Shown: positions 1 through 8,036 of the stretch, piece after piece
Position numbering within the stretch: the first letter of the stretch is position 1
Layout of the letters: the number at the start of each line of letters is the position of its first letter
NCBI GenBank assembly: GCA_051746525.1
Contig: JBNJFD010000008.1
Span: 1-24,000, forward strand
Length of the DNA: 24,000 nt
Reading direction: 5' to 3'
Source of the DNA: Bacillota bacterium
GTDB lineage: Bacteria > Bacillota > Halanaerobiia > Halobacteroidales > Halobacteroidaceae
Made by a program: the position numbers and the translations under genes
Notes under the pieces: generated by a model
Told to the model about the DNA's origin: nothing
Database searches by the model: none
The model's input: the letters and a program-made list of their open reading frames with translations, nothing else

Positions 1-162
1 GGTCTAGGAGCAATTAAAGCAGGGACTTTAGAGATGTCTAATGTAGATTTATCAAGACAGTTTAGTGAGATGATTACTACTCAGCGTGGTTTTCAAGCTA
101 ACTCTAAAACAATTTCTACATCTGATCAGATTTTGCAGGAATTAGTTAATTTGAAACGTTAG
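1..162 (+). CDS. flgE: Flagellar hook protein FlgE, C-terminal fragment (5' end lies outside the window)
   Basis: Frame 1 is open from base 1 to TAG at 160-162: [53 protein letters not shown]. This is the conserved rod/hook C-terminal domain (LE.SNVDL....M...QRGFQANSK....D..L.EL.NLKR). Its position directly upstream of flbD-motAB fits the hook gene rather than a rod gene. Confidence 0.85.
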   Translation, partial: GLGAIKAGTLEMSNVDLSRQFSEMITTQRGFQANSKTISTSDQILQELVNLKR

Positions 163-176
163 TAATTATTAAAATC

Positions 177-204
177 AAGGGGGCTTAGTCCCCCTTACCT
201 TTTT
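177..204 (+). terminator. GC-rich hairpin plus T-run just after flgE (possible partial intrinsic terminator/attenuator inside the operon)
   Basis: AAGGGGG (177-183) pairs with CCCCCTT (190-196) across a 6-nt loop CTTAGT. ACC and TTTTT (200-204) follow. It starts 15 nt after the flgE stop. Confidence 0.5.
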
Positions 205-291
205 AGCATGTTTAAGTAGTATGATTTCCTAGTGGTTTGTTTTTTTAATTCAATTGCAAATTGTCAATTTGTCTTAAAGGAGTGAATATAA

Positions 292-483
292 ATTATAAAA
301 GTTACCCGGCTTGATGATTCGGAAGTAGTTATTAATGCTGATTTGATTGAAACTGTACAAGCTACTCCTGATACTGTAATTAATTTAACTTCGGGGTATA
401 CAATTATTGTTAAAGAAGATGTTGATATGATTATCGATAAAGTGCTAAGATATCAAAGAAATGTAAATTTTAAGCCTGAATAA
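292..483 (+). CDS. flbD: Flagellar protein FlbD (SwrD/YlzI family), 63 codons, non-canonical ATT (or ATA) start; absent from the supplied ORF track
   Basis: The frame is open from just after TAA (289-291) to TAA (481-483): IIKVTRLDDSEVVINADLIETVQATPDTVINLTSGYTIIVKEDVDMIIDKVLRYQRNVNFKPE. This matches the FlbD signature (MIKVTRLNG...IN...IE.ve.TPDTVI.L..G....VkE....vi.kv..y). GGAG at 279-282 sits 9 nt upstream of ATT 292. The gene occupies the canonical flgE-flbD-motA position. Confidence 0.8.
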   Translation: MIKVTRLDDSEVVINADLIETVQATPDTVINLTSGYTIIVKEDVDMIIDKVLRYQRNVNFKPE

Positions 484-497
484 ATAGAGGTGGTAGA

Positions 498-1295
498 ATG
501 GATTTTGCATCAATTGTTGGATTGATTTTAGGAACAGCTCTTGTTGTATTTGGTATGTTCTTGCAGGGTAGACTGATTATTTTTGCTAGTGCTACTTCTG
601 TTTTAATTGTAGTAGGAGGAACATTAGGAGCTGTTGTTTTAGCTTATTCATTTGAGCAGTTAAAGGATGCAGTGTTAGCATTAAAAGTAGTTTTTACTAA
701 TCAAGAAGATGAAGCTAGTGAAATTATTTCTGTGTTAGTTAGTTTTGCTGAAAAAGCAAGACGGGAAGGGTTGCTAGCTTTAGAAGAAGAAGCGAATCAG
801 TTAGAAGATGAGTTTTTACAAAAAGGAATCCAATTAGTTGTAGATGGTACTGACCCTAAGTTAGTCAAGAATATTTTAGAAACAGAGTTAGATTTTTTAT
901 CAGAAAGACACTCTACTAACCGAGGTGTTTATTCTAAGGGAGGAGAATTGGCTCCAGCTTTTGGAATGATCGGTACTTTAATAGGATTAATTGGGATGTT
1001 AAGCAAATTAGAAGACCCTAGTAGTTTAGGGTCAGGAATGGCAACCGCTTTAATCACAACTTTTTATGGAGCGCTGTTAGGGAACTTGATTTTTCTTCCT
1101 ATTGCTGAAAAATTAAAAACTAAAAGTGAAAGAGAAATATTAGTAAAAGAAATTATAATTGAAGGTATTTTGTCAATTCAAGCAGGAGAAAATCCGCGAA
1201 TTGTAGAAGAAAAGTTAAAAGCTTTCTTACCGCCGGTAACTAGATCTAAAGTAGAAAATGAAGAAGAGGAGCTGAATGCCAATGCCGCGGGATAG
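498..1295 (+). CDS. motA: Flagellar stator protein MotA (MotA/TolQ/ExbB proton-channel family)
   Basis: 265 aa with N-terminal TM helices, a cytoplasmic loop, and the C-terminal channel motif APAFGMIGTLIGLIGML...ALITTFYGALLGNLIFLPIAEKL. RBS AGAGGTGG lies upstream of the ATG. A motB partner follows with an overlap. Confidence 0.95.
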   Translation: MDFASIVGLILGTALVVFGMFLQGRLIIFASATSVLIVVGGTLGAVVLAYSFEQLKDAVLALKVVFTNQEDEASEIISVLVSFAEKARREGLLALEEEANQLEDEFLQKGIQLVVDGTDPKLVKNILETELDFLSERHSTNRGVYSKGGELAPAFGMIGTLIGLIGMLSKLEDPSSLGSGMATALITTFYGALLGNLIFLPIAEKLKTKSEREILVKEIIIEGILSIQAGENPRIVEEKLKAFLPPVTRSKVENEEEELNANAAG

Positions 1296-2025
1296 AGATA
1301 AAAATGATGATGATGGCGGTGCTGATTGGATGACCACCTATGGAGATATGATGACTCTATTATTGGCCTTTTTTGTATTATTATATTCTTTTTCTAGTTT
1401 AGATGCTAATAAATTTCAAATGATGATTGAAGGATTGCAGGGAAAGTTGGGAGTTTTAGACGGGGGTAAAACTATTTCTTCTGAAGAAATGATTGATGCG
1501 GGATTAAATCAACAGCGAAGTGGGACTCAACAATTAAGTAATTTAAATACTAAAATAGAAGAATATGTTAAAGAAGAAGGTTTAGAAAATGATGTAGAAA
1601 CCAAAATCACTGATAAAGGATTAACTGTCCGTTTTACTGGGAAAGTATTATTTGATTTAGGAGAGGCAGAAATAAAAGATGCTTCAAAAAGCATATTAGA
1701 TAAGATGGCTGGTTTTATTAAAACCGTACCTAATAATGTGATGGTTGAAGGACATACAGATGATTTGCCAATTAGCAATGAGAAATTTCCTTCTAATTGG
1801 GAATTATCAACGACTAGAGCAACAAATGTAATTAGATATTTTATTGAAGGAAATGATATTAATCCTAGCCGTCTTTCAGCATCAGGTTATTCAAAACACA
1901 AACCAATTGTGCCTAATGAAAATTGGGATAATAGGATGCGTAATAGAAGAGTAGATATAGTTATTTTAAGAATGGATGAAAATGATGGAGGCGGGGAAGA
2001 TAAGGAGGTAAATTTAGATGGCTGA
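1276..2025 (+). CDS. motB: Flagellar stator protein MotB (OmpA-like peptidoglycan-binding C-terminal domain)
   Basis: WMTTYGDMMTLLLAFFVLLYS is the TM helix carrying the conserved Asp. The OmpA-like region reads VEGHTDD.PI....F.SNWELSTTRA..V.RY........L.A.GY....P......N....NRRVDIVI. It overlaps motA by 20 nt. ATG 1282 is an alternative start. Confidence 0.93.
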   Translation: MPMPRDRDKNDDDGGADWMTTYGDMMTLLLAFFVLLYSFSSLDANKFQMMIEGLQGKLGVLDGGKTISSEEMIDAGLNQQRSGTQQLSNLNTKIEEYVKEEGLENDVETKITDKGLTVRFTGKVLFDLGEAEIKDASKSILDKMAGFIKTVPNNVMVEGHTDDLPISNEKFPSNWELSTTRATNVIRYFIEGNDINPSRLSASGYSKHKPIVPNENWDNRMRNRRVDIVILRMDENDGGGEDKEVNLDG

Positions 2026-2485
2026 AGATAATCAAAATGATAATGGTGGATTTAATTTTAATTTAATTATTGCTGTAGTGTTATCAGTATTATTAGCAAC
2101 TGGTGTTTCATACTTTATGATGGTTAAATTTGGAGGGTTAGGTAATGGAGAACAAGAAGAGCAGGAGCAAGAAGAAAAAGTAAAAGAATTAGGACCAACT
2201 CATAGTTTAGACCAATTTTTAGTTAACCTTTCAGGTAGTAATAGTTATGTTAAATTAAAAATTGCTTTAGAAGTTGATAATGAAGATGTAATAGAAGAAA
2301 TTGACGATAGGTCACCGCAGATTAGAGATACTATAATTTCTATTTTAAGATCAAGAAAAATGGAAGAGATTAAAGGAGATTCTTCAGCTCAAAGTTTAAG
2401 AGAAGAAATAAGGAATAAAATTAATCAACTTCTGGCTAATGGTCAAGTAACAAATGTGTTTTTCACTGAATTTGTAGTTCAATAA
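2018..2485 (+). CDS. fliL: Flagellar basal-body-associated protein FliL
   Basis: Single N-terminal TM helix followed by the FliL core: LDQFLVNLSG...YVKLKIALEV.....EEI....PQIRDTIISILRS......G....LREEIRNKIN.LL..G.VTNVFFTEFVVQ. ATG overlaps the motB stop (ATGGCTGA). AAGGAGG RBS. Confidence 0.9.
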   Translation: MAEDNQNDNGGFNFNLIIAVVLSVLLATGVSYFMMVKFGGLGNGEQEEQEQEEKVKELGPTHSLDQFLVNLSGSNSYVKLKIALEVDNEDVIEEIDDRSPQIRDTIISILRSRKMEEIKGDSSAQSLREEIRNKINQLLANGQVTNVFFTEFVVQ

Positions 2486-2531
2486 AGTAACTAAATTAGG
2501 AGTTTAGTCTGTTGAGATGGGAGGTAGTAAT

Positions 2532-3551
2532 ATGCCCTCGGATAGAGTCTTGTCACAAGATGAGATAGATAATTTATTAGATGCTGTTTCTTCTGGAGAA
2601 GTAGGTACAGAAGAATTAAAAGATGAGAATGATGGTCAAGAAATTGAAGTTTATGATTTTAAAAGACCTAATAAATTATCTAAAGACCAATTAAGAACCT
2701 TAAGAATGATTTATGAAGGTTTTGGGCGCCTAGTTAGTACAGAAATTTCGACACAATTAAGAACAATGGTTAAAGTAGATGTAACTTCAATAGAGCAATT
2801 ATCTTATGATGAGTTTGTGCGGTCTTTACCTCAGCCTACAGTGATGGGGATTTGTGATTTTCATCCTTTTAATGGTGAGTTTATCATTGAAATCAATCCT
2901 AAAATAGCATTAGCAATTGTAGAGCGAATTTTTGGTGGGGGCGCTAGTAATAAATCTATAGAAGGAAGAGAGTTTACAGATATTGAAGAAGTAGTACTTA
3001 AAAAAATTAATAAGCATATTTTAAATAGTTTTGGCAGTGCTTGGGAAAATGTAGCTGAATTAAGACCAAGACTGCGTGAATTAGAATCTAATCCACAATT
3101 CACTCAAATCGTTCCGAGTAATGATATGGTGATTCTTGCTACTTTTGAAACTCAAATTGGTGAAACCGAAGGATTAATAAATATTTGTATTCCTTATATT
3201 GTATTAGAACCTTTAGTGTCTAAATTAAGTGCTCAATACTGGTTCGCAACTACAATGAATGATTCTAAAGCAGAAAGTTTAAAAGATTTAAAGAAACGAT
3301 TAGGAAAAGCTAAATTAAAAGTAGAAGCCGAGTTAGGAAAAACAGATGTAACTATAAATCAGTTATTAAGCTTAAGTCAAGGAGATGTTTTAAGATTAGA
3401 CTCTAAAACAGGTCAAGATTTGACCATTAAAGTAGATGATAGAGAAAAATTTAAAGCAAAAGCAGGAAAGAGAGGTAGTAAAATAGCAGTCGAGATTACT
3501 TCTGAAGTAACTGATGAAGATGATTGGGAGGAGGAAGAAAATGAGCAATGA
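2532..3551 (+). CDS. fliM: Flagellar motor switch protein FliM
   Basis: N-terminal CheY-P-binding peptide LSQDEIDNLL, the FliM middle domain, and a C-terminal SpoA/FliN-like domain (LLSLSQGDVLRLD...). GGGAGG (2519-2524) is 7 nt upstream of ATG 2532, so the ORF-track start at 2517 is probably an over-extension. Confidence 0.95.
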   Translation: MPSDRVLSQDEIDNLLDAVSSGEVGTEELKDENDGQEIEVYDFKRPNKLSKDQLRTLRMIYEGFGRLVSTEISTQLRTMVKVDVTSIEQLSYDEFVRSLPQPTVMGICDFHPFNGEFIIEINPKIALAIVERIFGGGASNKSIEGREFTDIEEVVLKKINKHILNSFGSAWENVAELRPRLRELESNPQFTQIVPSNDMVILATFETQIGETEGLINICIPYIVLEPLVSKLSAQYWFATTMNDSKAESLKDLKKRLGKAKLKVEAELGKTDVTINQLLSLSQGDVLRLDSKTGQDLTIKVDDREKFKAKAGKRGSKIAVEITSEVTDEDDWEEEENEQ

Positions 3552-4767
3552 TGTTTTATCTCAAGATGAGATCAATGCATTATTAGATGATGATGATGGA
3601 GCTGATGAGCAAAGCAATGAGGAACAAAATGAAGAACAGGATTTAGAACAGAATGAAGAGCTAGAAGAAATATTATCTGAAATGGAAAAAGACGCTATTG
3701 GAGAAGTGGCTAATATTTCAATGGGTTCTGCAGCCACTGCTTTATATGGTTTGTTAAATAAAAAAGTTGAAATAACTACTCCTCGAGTAGAGGTTGAAAA
3801 ATTAGATGATTTAGTTGCAGATTATGCTAGACCATGTGTAGTTGTTGATGTTAAATATACTGAAGGGTTAAAAGGCAGTAATCAATTAATACTTGAATCG
3901 CAGGATGCAGCAATTATTACTGATTTAATGATGGGGGGCGATGGAACTGCTCCGCCTGAAGAGCTAAATGAAATGCATATTAGTGCTGTAGCAGAGGCAA
4001 TGAATCAGATGATGGGTTCTGCTTCTACTTCAATGTCTGATTTTTTTGAAGGAGATAAGGTTAACATTTCTCCCCCGGAAGCAGAGTTATTAGAATTGGA
4101 TAAATCTGCAATAGATATTGAAGGAGTTTCTGAAGGAGAAACAGTTGTCAATATTATATTTGATCTTCATATTGGGGATTTAATTGATAGTCAAATAGTA
4201 CAGGTTATGTCAGTAGAATTTGCTAAAAAATTAGCTGATGCTTTACTTAATCCAGGGAATGGGAATGAAGAAGAAGCTGTTAGTGAACCAGCAGCTACTG
4301 CTGAACCTGAGGGCGCTACTCAACAGCAGCAGACTACTAGTAGTCAGCCAAAGCAGCAGCAACAGCAAAAAACTGCACAGCAGTCTACAGCACAGCAGCA
4401 AACAGCTGCTTCTCAACAGCAGGCAGCCCCTAGTCCTGGCGTTGAGCAGGAAAATGTAGAAGTACAGGATGTAGAATTAGAAGAGTTAGGTGGAAATGGA
4501 CAGGCTAAGAAAAAAGATATTAGCTTAATTAATGATATATCCTTAGAGCTAACTGTTAGATTAGGTCAAACAGAAATGTCAATTAAGGATATTTTAGAAT
4601 TAGCTCCTGGATCAGTAATTGAATTAGATAGATTAGCAGGTGAAGCAGTTGATTTATTGGCTAATGGGAAAATTATTGCTCGTGGTGAAGTAGTTGTAAT
4701 TGATGAAAACTTTGGATTTAGGGTTACTGATATAATTAGTTCAGAGGAAAGATTAAAGAAACTATAA
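3541..4767 (+). CDS. fliY: Flagellar switch protein FliY (CheC-like phosphatase domain fused to a FliN/SpoA domain)
   Basis: N-terminal LSQDEINALL peptide. Two intact CheC-type motifs (D/S-x3-E-x2-N-x22-P): DAIGEVANISMGSAATALYGLLNKKVEITTP and SAVAEAMNQMMGSASTSMSDFFEGDKVNISP. The C-terminal FliN core is LELTVRLGQTEMSIKDILELAPGSVIELDRLAGEAVDLLANGKIIARGEVVVIDENFGFRVTDI. GGGAGGAGG RBS precedes ATG 3541 (the track start 3514 is probably too early). Overlaps the fliM stop. Confidence 0.92.
   Translation: MSNDVLSQDEINALLDDDDGADEQSNEEQNEEQDLEQNEELEEILSEMEKDAIGEVANISMGSAATALYGLLNKKVEITTPRVEVEKLDDLVADYARPCVVVDVKYTEGLKGSNQLILESQDAAIITDLMMGGDGTAPPEELNEMHISAVAEAMNQMMGSASTSMSDFFEGDKVNISPPEAELLELDKSAIDIEGVSEGETVVNIIFDLHIGDLIDSQIVQVMSVEFAKKLADALLNPGNGNEEEAVSEPAATAEPEGATQQQQTTSSQPKQQQQQKTAQQSTAQQQTAASQQQAAPSPGVEQENVEVQDVELEELGGNGQAKKKDISLINDISLELTVRLGQTEMSIKDILELAPGSVIELDRLAGEAVDLLANGKIIARGEVVVIDENFGFRVTDIISSEERLKKL
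4321..4427 (+). repeat. Imperfect CAG/CAA-rich low-complexity tract encoding the Q-rich linker of FliY
   Basis: The DNA reads caacagcagcagact...cagccaaagcagcagcaacagcaaaaaactgcacagcagtctacagcacagcagcaaacagctgcttctcaacagcag. The protein reads QQQQTTSSQPKQQQQQKTAQQSTAQQQTAASQQQ. Confidence 0.7.
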
Positions 4768-4782
4768 TTAAGGGTTGATTAT

Positions 4783-5115
4783 ATGGGATATACCTGGGAT
4801 TTAATTAAAGTACTATTAGTTTTAGTGGGGGTTTTGTTTTTATTTTATCTGGTGGTGCAGTTTTTGAATCAGAAAAAAATATTTAATCAAACTCAGCAGA
4901 TTGAAGTTTTAGAAAGAAACCATTTGAATTCTAATCAAGCAATTTATTTAGTCCAAGTTGTAGAAGAAGTGTGGCTGGTTACAGCGACTAAGGAAAAAAT
5001 GGAGTTCGTAAAAAAATTAGATTTAAGTCCAGAATGTTTAAAAGAATCCTCCCCGCAACAATTTAGTTTATTAAATTATTTTAAGAAAGGTACTGATAGT
5101 AAAGATGAGGAATAA
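4783..5115 (+). CDS. fliO: Flagellar export apparatus protein FliO (FliZ of Bacillus nomenclature)
   Basis: 110 aa with a single N-terminal TM helix (LIKVLLVLVGVLFLFYLVVQF), then IEVLERNHL..NQAIYLVQVVEEVWLVTATKEKMEFVKKL, which resembles the FliO core. It sits immediately upstream of fliP and overlaps it by 11 nt. The family is poorly conserved, so position carries much of the call. Confidence 0.7.
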   Translation: MGYTWDLIKVLLVLVGVLFLFYLVVQFLNQKKIFNQTQQIEVLERNHLNSNQAIYLVQVVEEVWLVTATKEKMEFVKKLDLSPECLKESSPQQFSLLNYFKKGTDSKDEE

Positions 5116-5866
5116 ATACCTGCTTACTATTTTATTGTTACTATCTTTAGTAATATTTATTCAAAGTCCTACTTTTGCAGCACCTGAATTTGAGATACCT
5201 AATTTGAGGTTAGAAATTGGAGAAGAAGGAAATCAGCCCCAAGATTTGGCTGTTTCTTTGCGTATTTTATTAATCTTAACAGTTTTGACTTTAGCTCCTG
5301 CAATACTAATTTTATTAACTTCATTTACCAGAATTGTAGTTGTGTTATCATTATTAAGAAGGGCATTAGCAACGCAACAGATGCCTCCTAATCAAGTCAT
5401 TATTGCTTTAGCTATAGTATTAACTGTATATATTATGGCTCCAGTTTGGACTCAAGTTAATCAGGATGCTCTGCAACCTTATTTAAATGAAGAAGTTAAT
5501 GAAGAACAGGCTTTTGACAATGCTGTTACTCCGATGCGAGATTTTATGTTTAGCTATACTAGAGAAAAAGATGTGGCTTTGTTTGTTAATTTATCTGAAA
5601 TGCCGCGGCCAGATGACCAACAGGATATACCACTATATGTATTGGTGCCTGCTTTTGTAATTAGTGAATTAAAAACCGCTTTTCAAATAGGATTTATAAT
5701 TTATTTACCTTTTGTTGTAATTGATATGATTGTAGCAAGTACTTTAATGTCTATGGGAATGATGATGTTACCTCCAGTAATGATTTCTCTTCCTTTCAAG
5801 ATATTATTGTTTGTTTTAGTGGATGGTTGGCATTTAGTAATCAAGTCTTTAATTGAAACTTTTTAA
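5105..5866 (+). CDS. fliP: Flagellar type III export apparatus protein FliP
   Basis: Signal peptide (LLLLSLVIFIQSPTFA/AP) followed by highly conserved FliP blocks: LTVLTLAPAILILLTSFTRIVVVLSLLRRALATQQMPPNQVIIALAI.LT..IM.PV and AFVISELKTAFQIGFIIYLPFVVIDMIVASTLMSMGMMMLPPVMISLPFKILLFVLVDGW.L. Confidence 0.97.
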   Translation: MRNKYLLTILLLLSLVIFIQSPTFAAPEFEIPNLRLEIGEEGNQPQDLAVSLRILLILTVLTLAPAILILLTSFTRIVVVLSLLRRALATQQMPPNQVIIALAIVLTVYIMAPVWTQVNQDALQPYLNEEVNEEQAFDNAVTPMRDFMFSYTREKDVALFVNLSEMPRPDDQQDIPLYVLVPAFVISELKTAFQIGFIIYLPFVVIDMIVASTLMSMGMMMLPPVMISLPFKILLFVLVDGWHLVIKSLIETF

Positions 5867-5883
5867 TAAGGGATGTGAGGTAA

Positions 5884-6153
5884 ATGACTCAACTCCAGGT
5901 TGTTGAGATAGCACGTCGAGCTTTATTAACAGTAATAAAAGTAACTGCTCCTATGCTGGGTCTCGGTATGGCGGCTGGATTAACAATTAGTATTTTTCAG
6001 GCTACAACTCAAATTCAAGAACAGACTTTAACATTTGTACCTAAGATATTAGCTGTATTGATTTCAATCATGATTTTTGGCCCTTGGATGTTAGGAACGT
6101 TAATTGATTTTATTACACAATTATTTAATAATATACCTCAATATATTGGATAA
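5884..6153 (+). CDS. fliQ: Flagellar type III export apparatus protein FliQ
   Basis: 89 aa, two TM helices. The FliQ signature is APML...M..GL.ISIFQATTQIQEQTLTFVPKI.AV.....IFGPWM. Confidence 0.95.
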   Translation: MTQLQVVEIARRALLTVIKVTAPMLGLGMAAGLTISIFQATTQIQEQTLTFVPKILAVLISIMIFGPWMLGTLIDFITQLFNNIPQYIG

Positions 6154-6168
6154 GTAAGGTGAATAGCA

Positions 6169-6954
6169 GTGAATCAAACTGAATTATTAACCCAAATTTA
6201 TTTTGTTAGTCTAATTATGTTTAGGATATTAGGAGTGTTCTTAATTGCTCCTATATATGGGAGCAAAGCTATTCCTAAGCGATTAAAATTAGCATTAGTT
6301 CTGTTAATTGGAGGCGTTCTATATCCTAATATTCCTGTAGTTTCAATTGAATGGCCACAACCGTTATTGTTAGTCGTATTTTATATAATTATAGAATTAC
6401 TTGTAGGTTTTATAATTGGTTTTATATTTTCTTTAGCTTTTACAGCTATTCAATTAGCAGGTCAATTTATTGACCGCCGCATGGGTTATGCTTTAGCTAA
6501 TGTAATGAATCCTAGTGAGGGGTTTCAAGTCCCTTTAGTAGGACAATTTAAAAATATAGTTGCAACATTAGTTTTTTTAGCTGTGAATGGGCATCATTAT
6601 ATTCTTAAATTATTAGATGATAGTTTTTTAATTGTTCCGATTAATCAATTATCACCATCGGATGAATTTTTTCAGATTATATTAAGATTAATTAGTGATT
6701 TATTCCCAATGGCATTTAAAATTGCATTACCAATTGTTAGTACTTTATTTATAGTTGATTTGGCTTTTGGATTAGTTGCTCGAGTAGTTCCGCAATTAAA
6801 TGTTTTTATTATGGGGATGCCTACTAAAAGTTTAGCAGGTTTAACAATGTTAGCTTTTGTATTGAGTAATTATGTTGGGTTTTTAGAAGGGTTCTTTACA
6901 GATACTGTTCGAGATTTATATAATGTATTACAAGTTATGGTTAATGGCTCTTAA
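6169..6954 (+). CDS. fliR: Flagellar type III export apparatus protein FliR
   Basis: 261 aa polytopic membrane protein after fliQ. Contains F.RI.GVF..API.G....P.R.K..L and AIQLAGQFID..MG...A.V.NP. GTG start with TAAGGTGA RBS. Confidence 0.93.
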   Translation: MNQTELLTQIYFVSLIMFRILGVFLIAPIYGSKAIPKRLKLALVLLIGGVLYPNIPVVSIEWPQPLLLVVFYIIIELLVGFIIGFIFSLAFTAIQLAGQFIDRRMGYALANVMNPSEGFQVPLVGQFKNIVATLVFLAVNGHHYILKLLDDSFLIVPINQLSPSDEFFQIILRLISDLFPMAFKIALPIVSTLFIVDLAFGLVARVVPQLNVFIMGMPTKSLAGLTMLAFVLSNYVGFLEGFFTDTVRDLYNVLQVMVNGS

Positions 6955-6969
6955 AGGGGGGATTATTAA

Positions 6970-8034
6970 ATGGCAGATGATGCAGAAAAAACCGAGGATC
7001 CCACCCCCAAGAAGAAAAAGGAAGCACGTGAAGAGGGTCAAGTAGCAGAAAGTAAGGAGTTAAACACAGCATTAACTTTGCTATTTAGTTTTATTGCTTT
7101 ACTTTTTGTAATGCCGTATATTGTTAAAGAAATAATGAGGTTTATTACTAAGGCTTATACTCAATATTTTAGTATGGAGCTTACTTTACTGAATTTTAAT
7201 AATTTGATTTTAGAAATAATGCTATTCATTTTAAAATTAATTGCCCCTATTTTTAGTACTGTGATTGTAATTGGAGTTTTGAGTTCGATTTTACAAATTG
7301 GTTTTTTATTTTCGCCTAAAATTATTACACCTGACTTTAGTAAATTAAATCCAATTCAAGGTTTTAAGCAGATGTTTTCTATTAAAAGCTTAGTAGAATT
7401 GGTAAAATCAGTTGTTAAAATAATAATTGTAATATTAATTTCTTATTTTACGATTAAAGGAGTATTACCAAAATTATTAACTTTAATTTATAGTGATGCT
7501 AGAAGAGTGATGGCCTTATTAGGAGAATTATCTTTTGATTTAGGGATTAGGGTTAGTTTGGTTTTTTTGGTATTAGGAATTGTAGATCTTTTTTATCAAC
7601 AGTGGCAGCATAAAGAAGATTTAAAAATGAGCAAAAAAGAAGTTGAAGAAGAAAGAAAACAAAGTGAAGGGAATCCAGAGATTAAATCCCAAAGGAAACA
7701 GAAACAACAAGAAATGGCTCAAAAGAGAATGATGCAGGATGTTCCTGAAGCTGATGTAGTAATCACTAACCCGACTCATTTTGCTGTGGCTATAAAGTTT
7801 GATTTAGATGATATGGAAGCGCCGATAGTGGTAGCTAAAGGACAAGGTGAATTGGCCAAAAAAATCAAAGAAGTAGCACAAGAAAGTGAGATAGAGATTG
7901 TGGAAGAAAAACCATTAGCACGAGCTTTATATAGAATGGTAGAAATAGGAGAAGAAATTCCTCCTGAACTATATCAAGCTGTTGCTGAAATTTTGGCTTA
8001 TGTTTATGAAATGGATGAAGAAAGGAGGTTCTAA
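6970..8034 (+). CDS. flhB: Flagellar export switch protein FlhB
   Basis: N-terminal EKTEDPTPKKKKEAREEGQVAESKEL, four TM segments, and the NPTH autocleavage motif (VVITNPTHFAVAI, nt 7768-7779). The C-terminal reads APIVVAKGQGELAKKIKEVAQE..I.IVEEKPLARALY. Confidence 0.96.
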   Translation: MADDAEKTEDPTPKKKKEAREEGQVAESKELNTALTLLFSFIALLFVMPYIVKEIMRFITKAYTQYFSMELTLLNFNNLILEIMLFILKLIAPIFSTVIVIGVLSSILQIGFLFSPKIITPDFSKLNPIQGFKQMFSIKSLVELVKSVVKIIIVILISYFTIKGVLPKLLTLIYSDARRVMALLGELSFDLGIRVSLVFLVLGIVDLFYQQWQHKEDLKMSKKEVEEERKQSEGNPEIKSQRKQKQQEMAQKRMMQDVPEADVVITNPTHFAVAIKFDLDDMEAPIVVAKGQGELAKKIKEVAQESEIEIVEEKPLARALYRMVEIGEEIPPELYQAVAEILAYVYEMDEERRF

Positions 8035-8036
8035 GT

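Noticed and set aside
251-292. CAATTG/CAAATTG/TCAATTTG repeats and a TTGTCA (261-266) as a promoter or operator for flbD-motAB.
   Set aside because: No acceptable -10 hexamer lies at 16-18 nt. The candidates (GAATAT/AATATA at 284-290) would place the TSS at or after the SD and start codon. A regulatory role cannot be excluded, but the sequence gives no positive support.
4238-4459. 73-aa plus-strand ORF overlapping fliY in another frame.
   Set aside because: It is an artefact of the CAG/CAA-rich tract, which stays open in more than one frame. Its translation is poly-L/S/Q low complexity. The fliY frame carries conserved domains on both sides.
7793-7828. GCCGATAG (7821-7828) inside flhB as a possible sigma-28 (-10 GCCGATAT-like) internal promoter.
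   Set aside because: The nearest upstream TAAA (7793-7796) is about 24 nt away rather than about 15-16 nt. The site is within coding sequence (it encodes APIV). It is probably a chance match.
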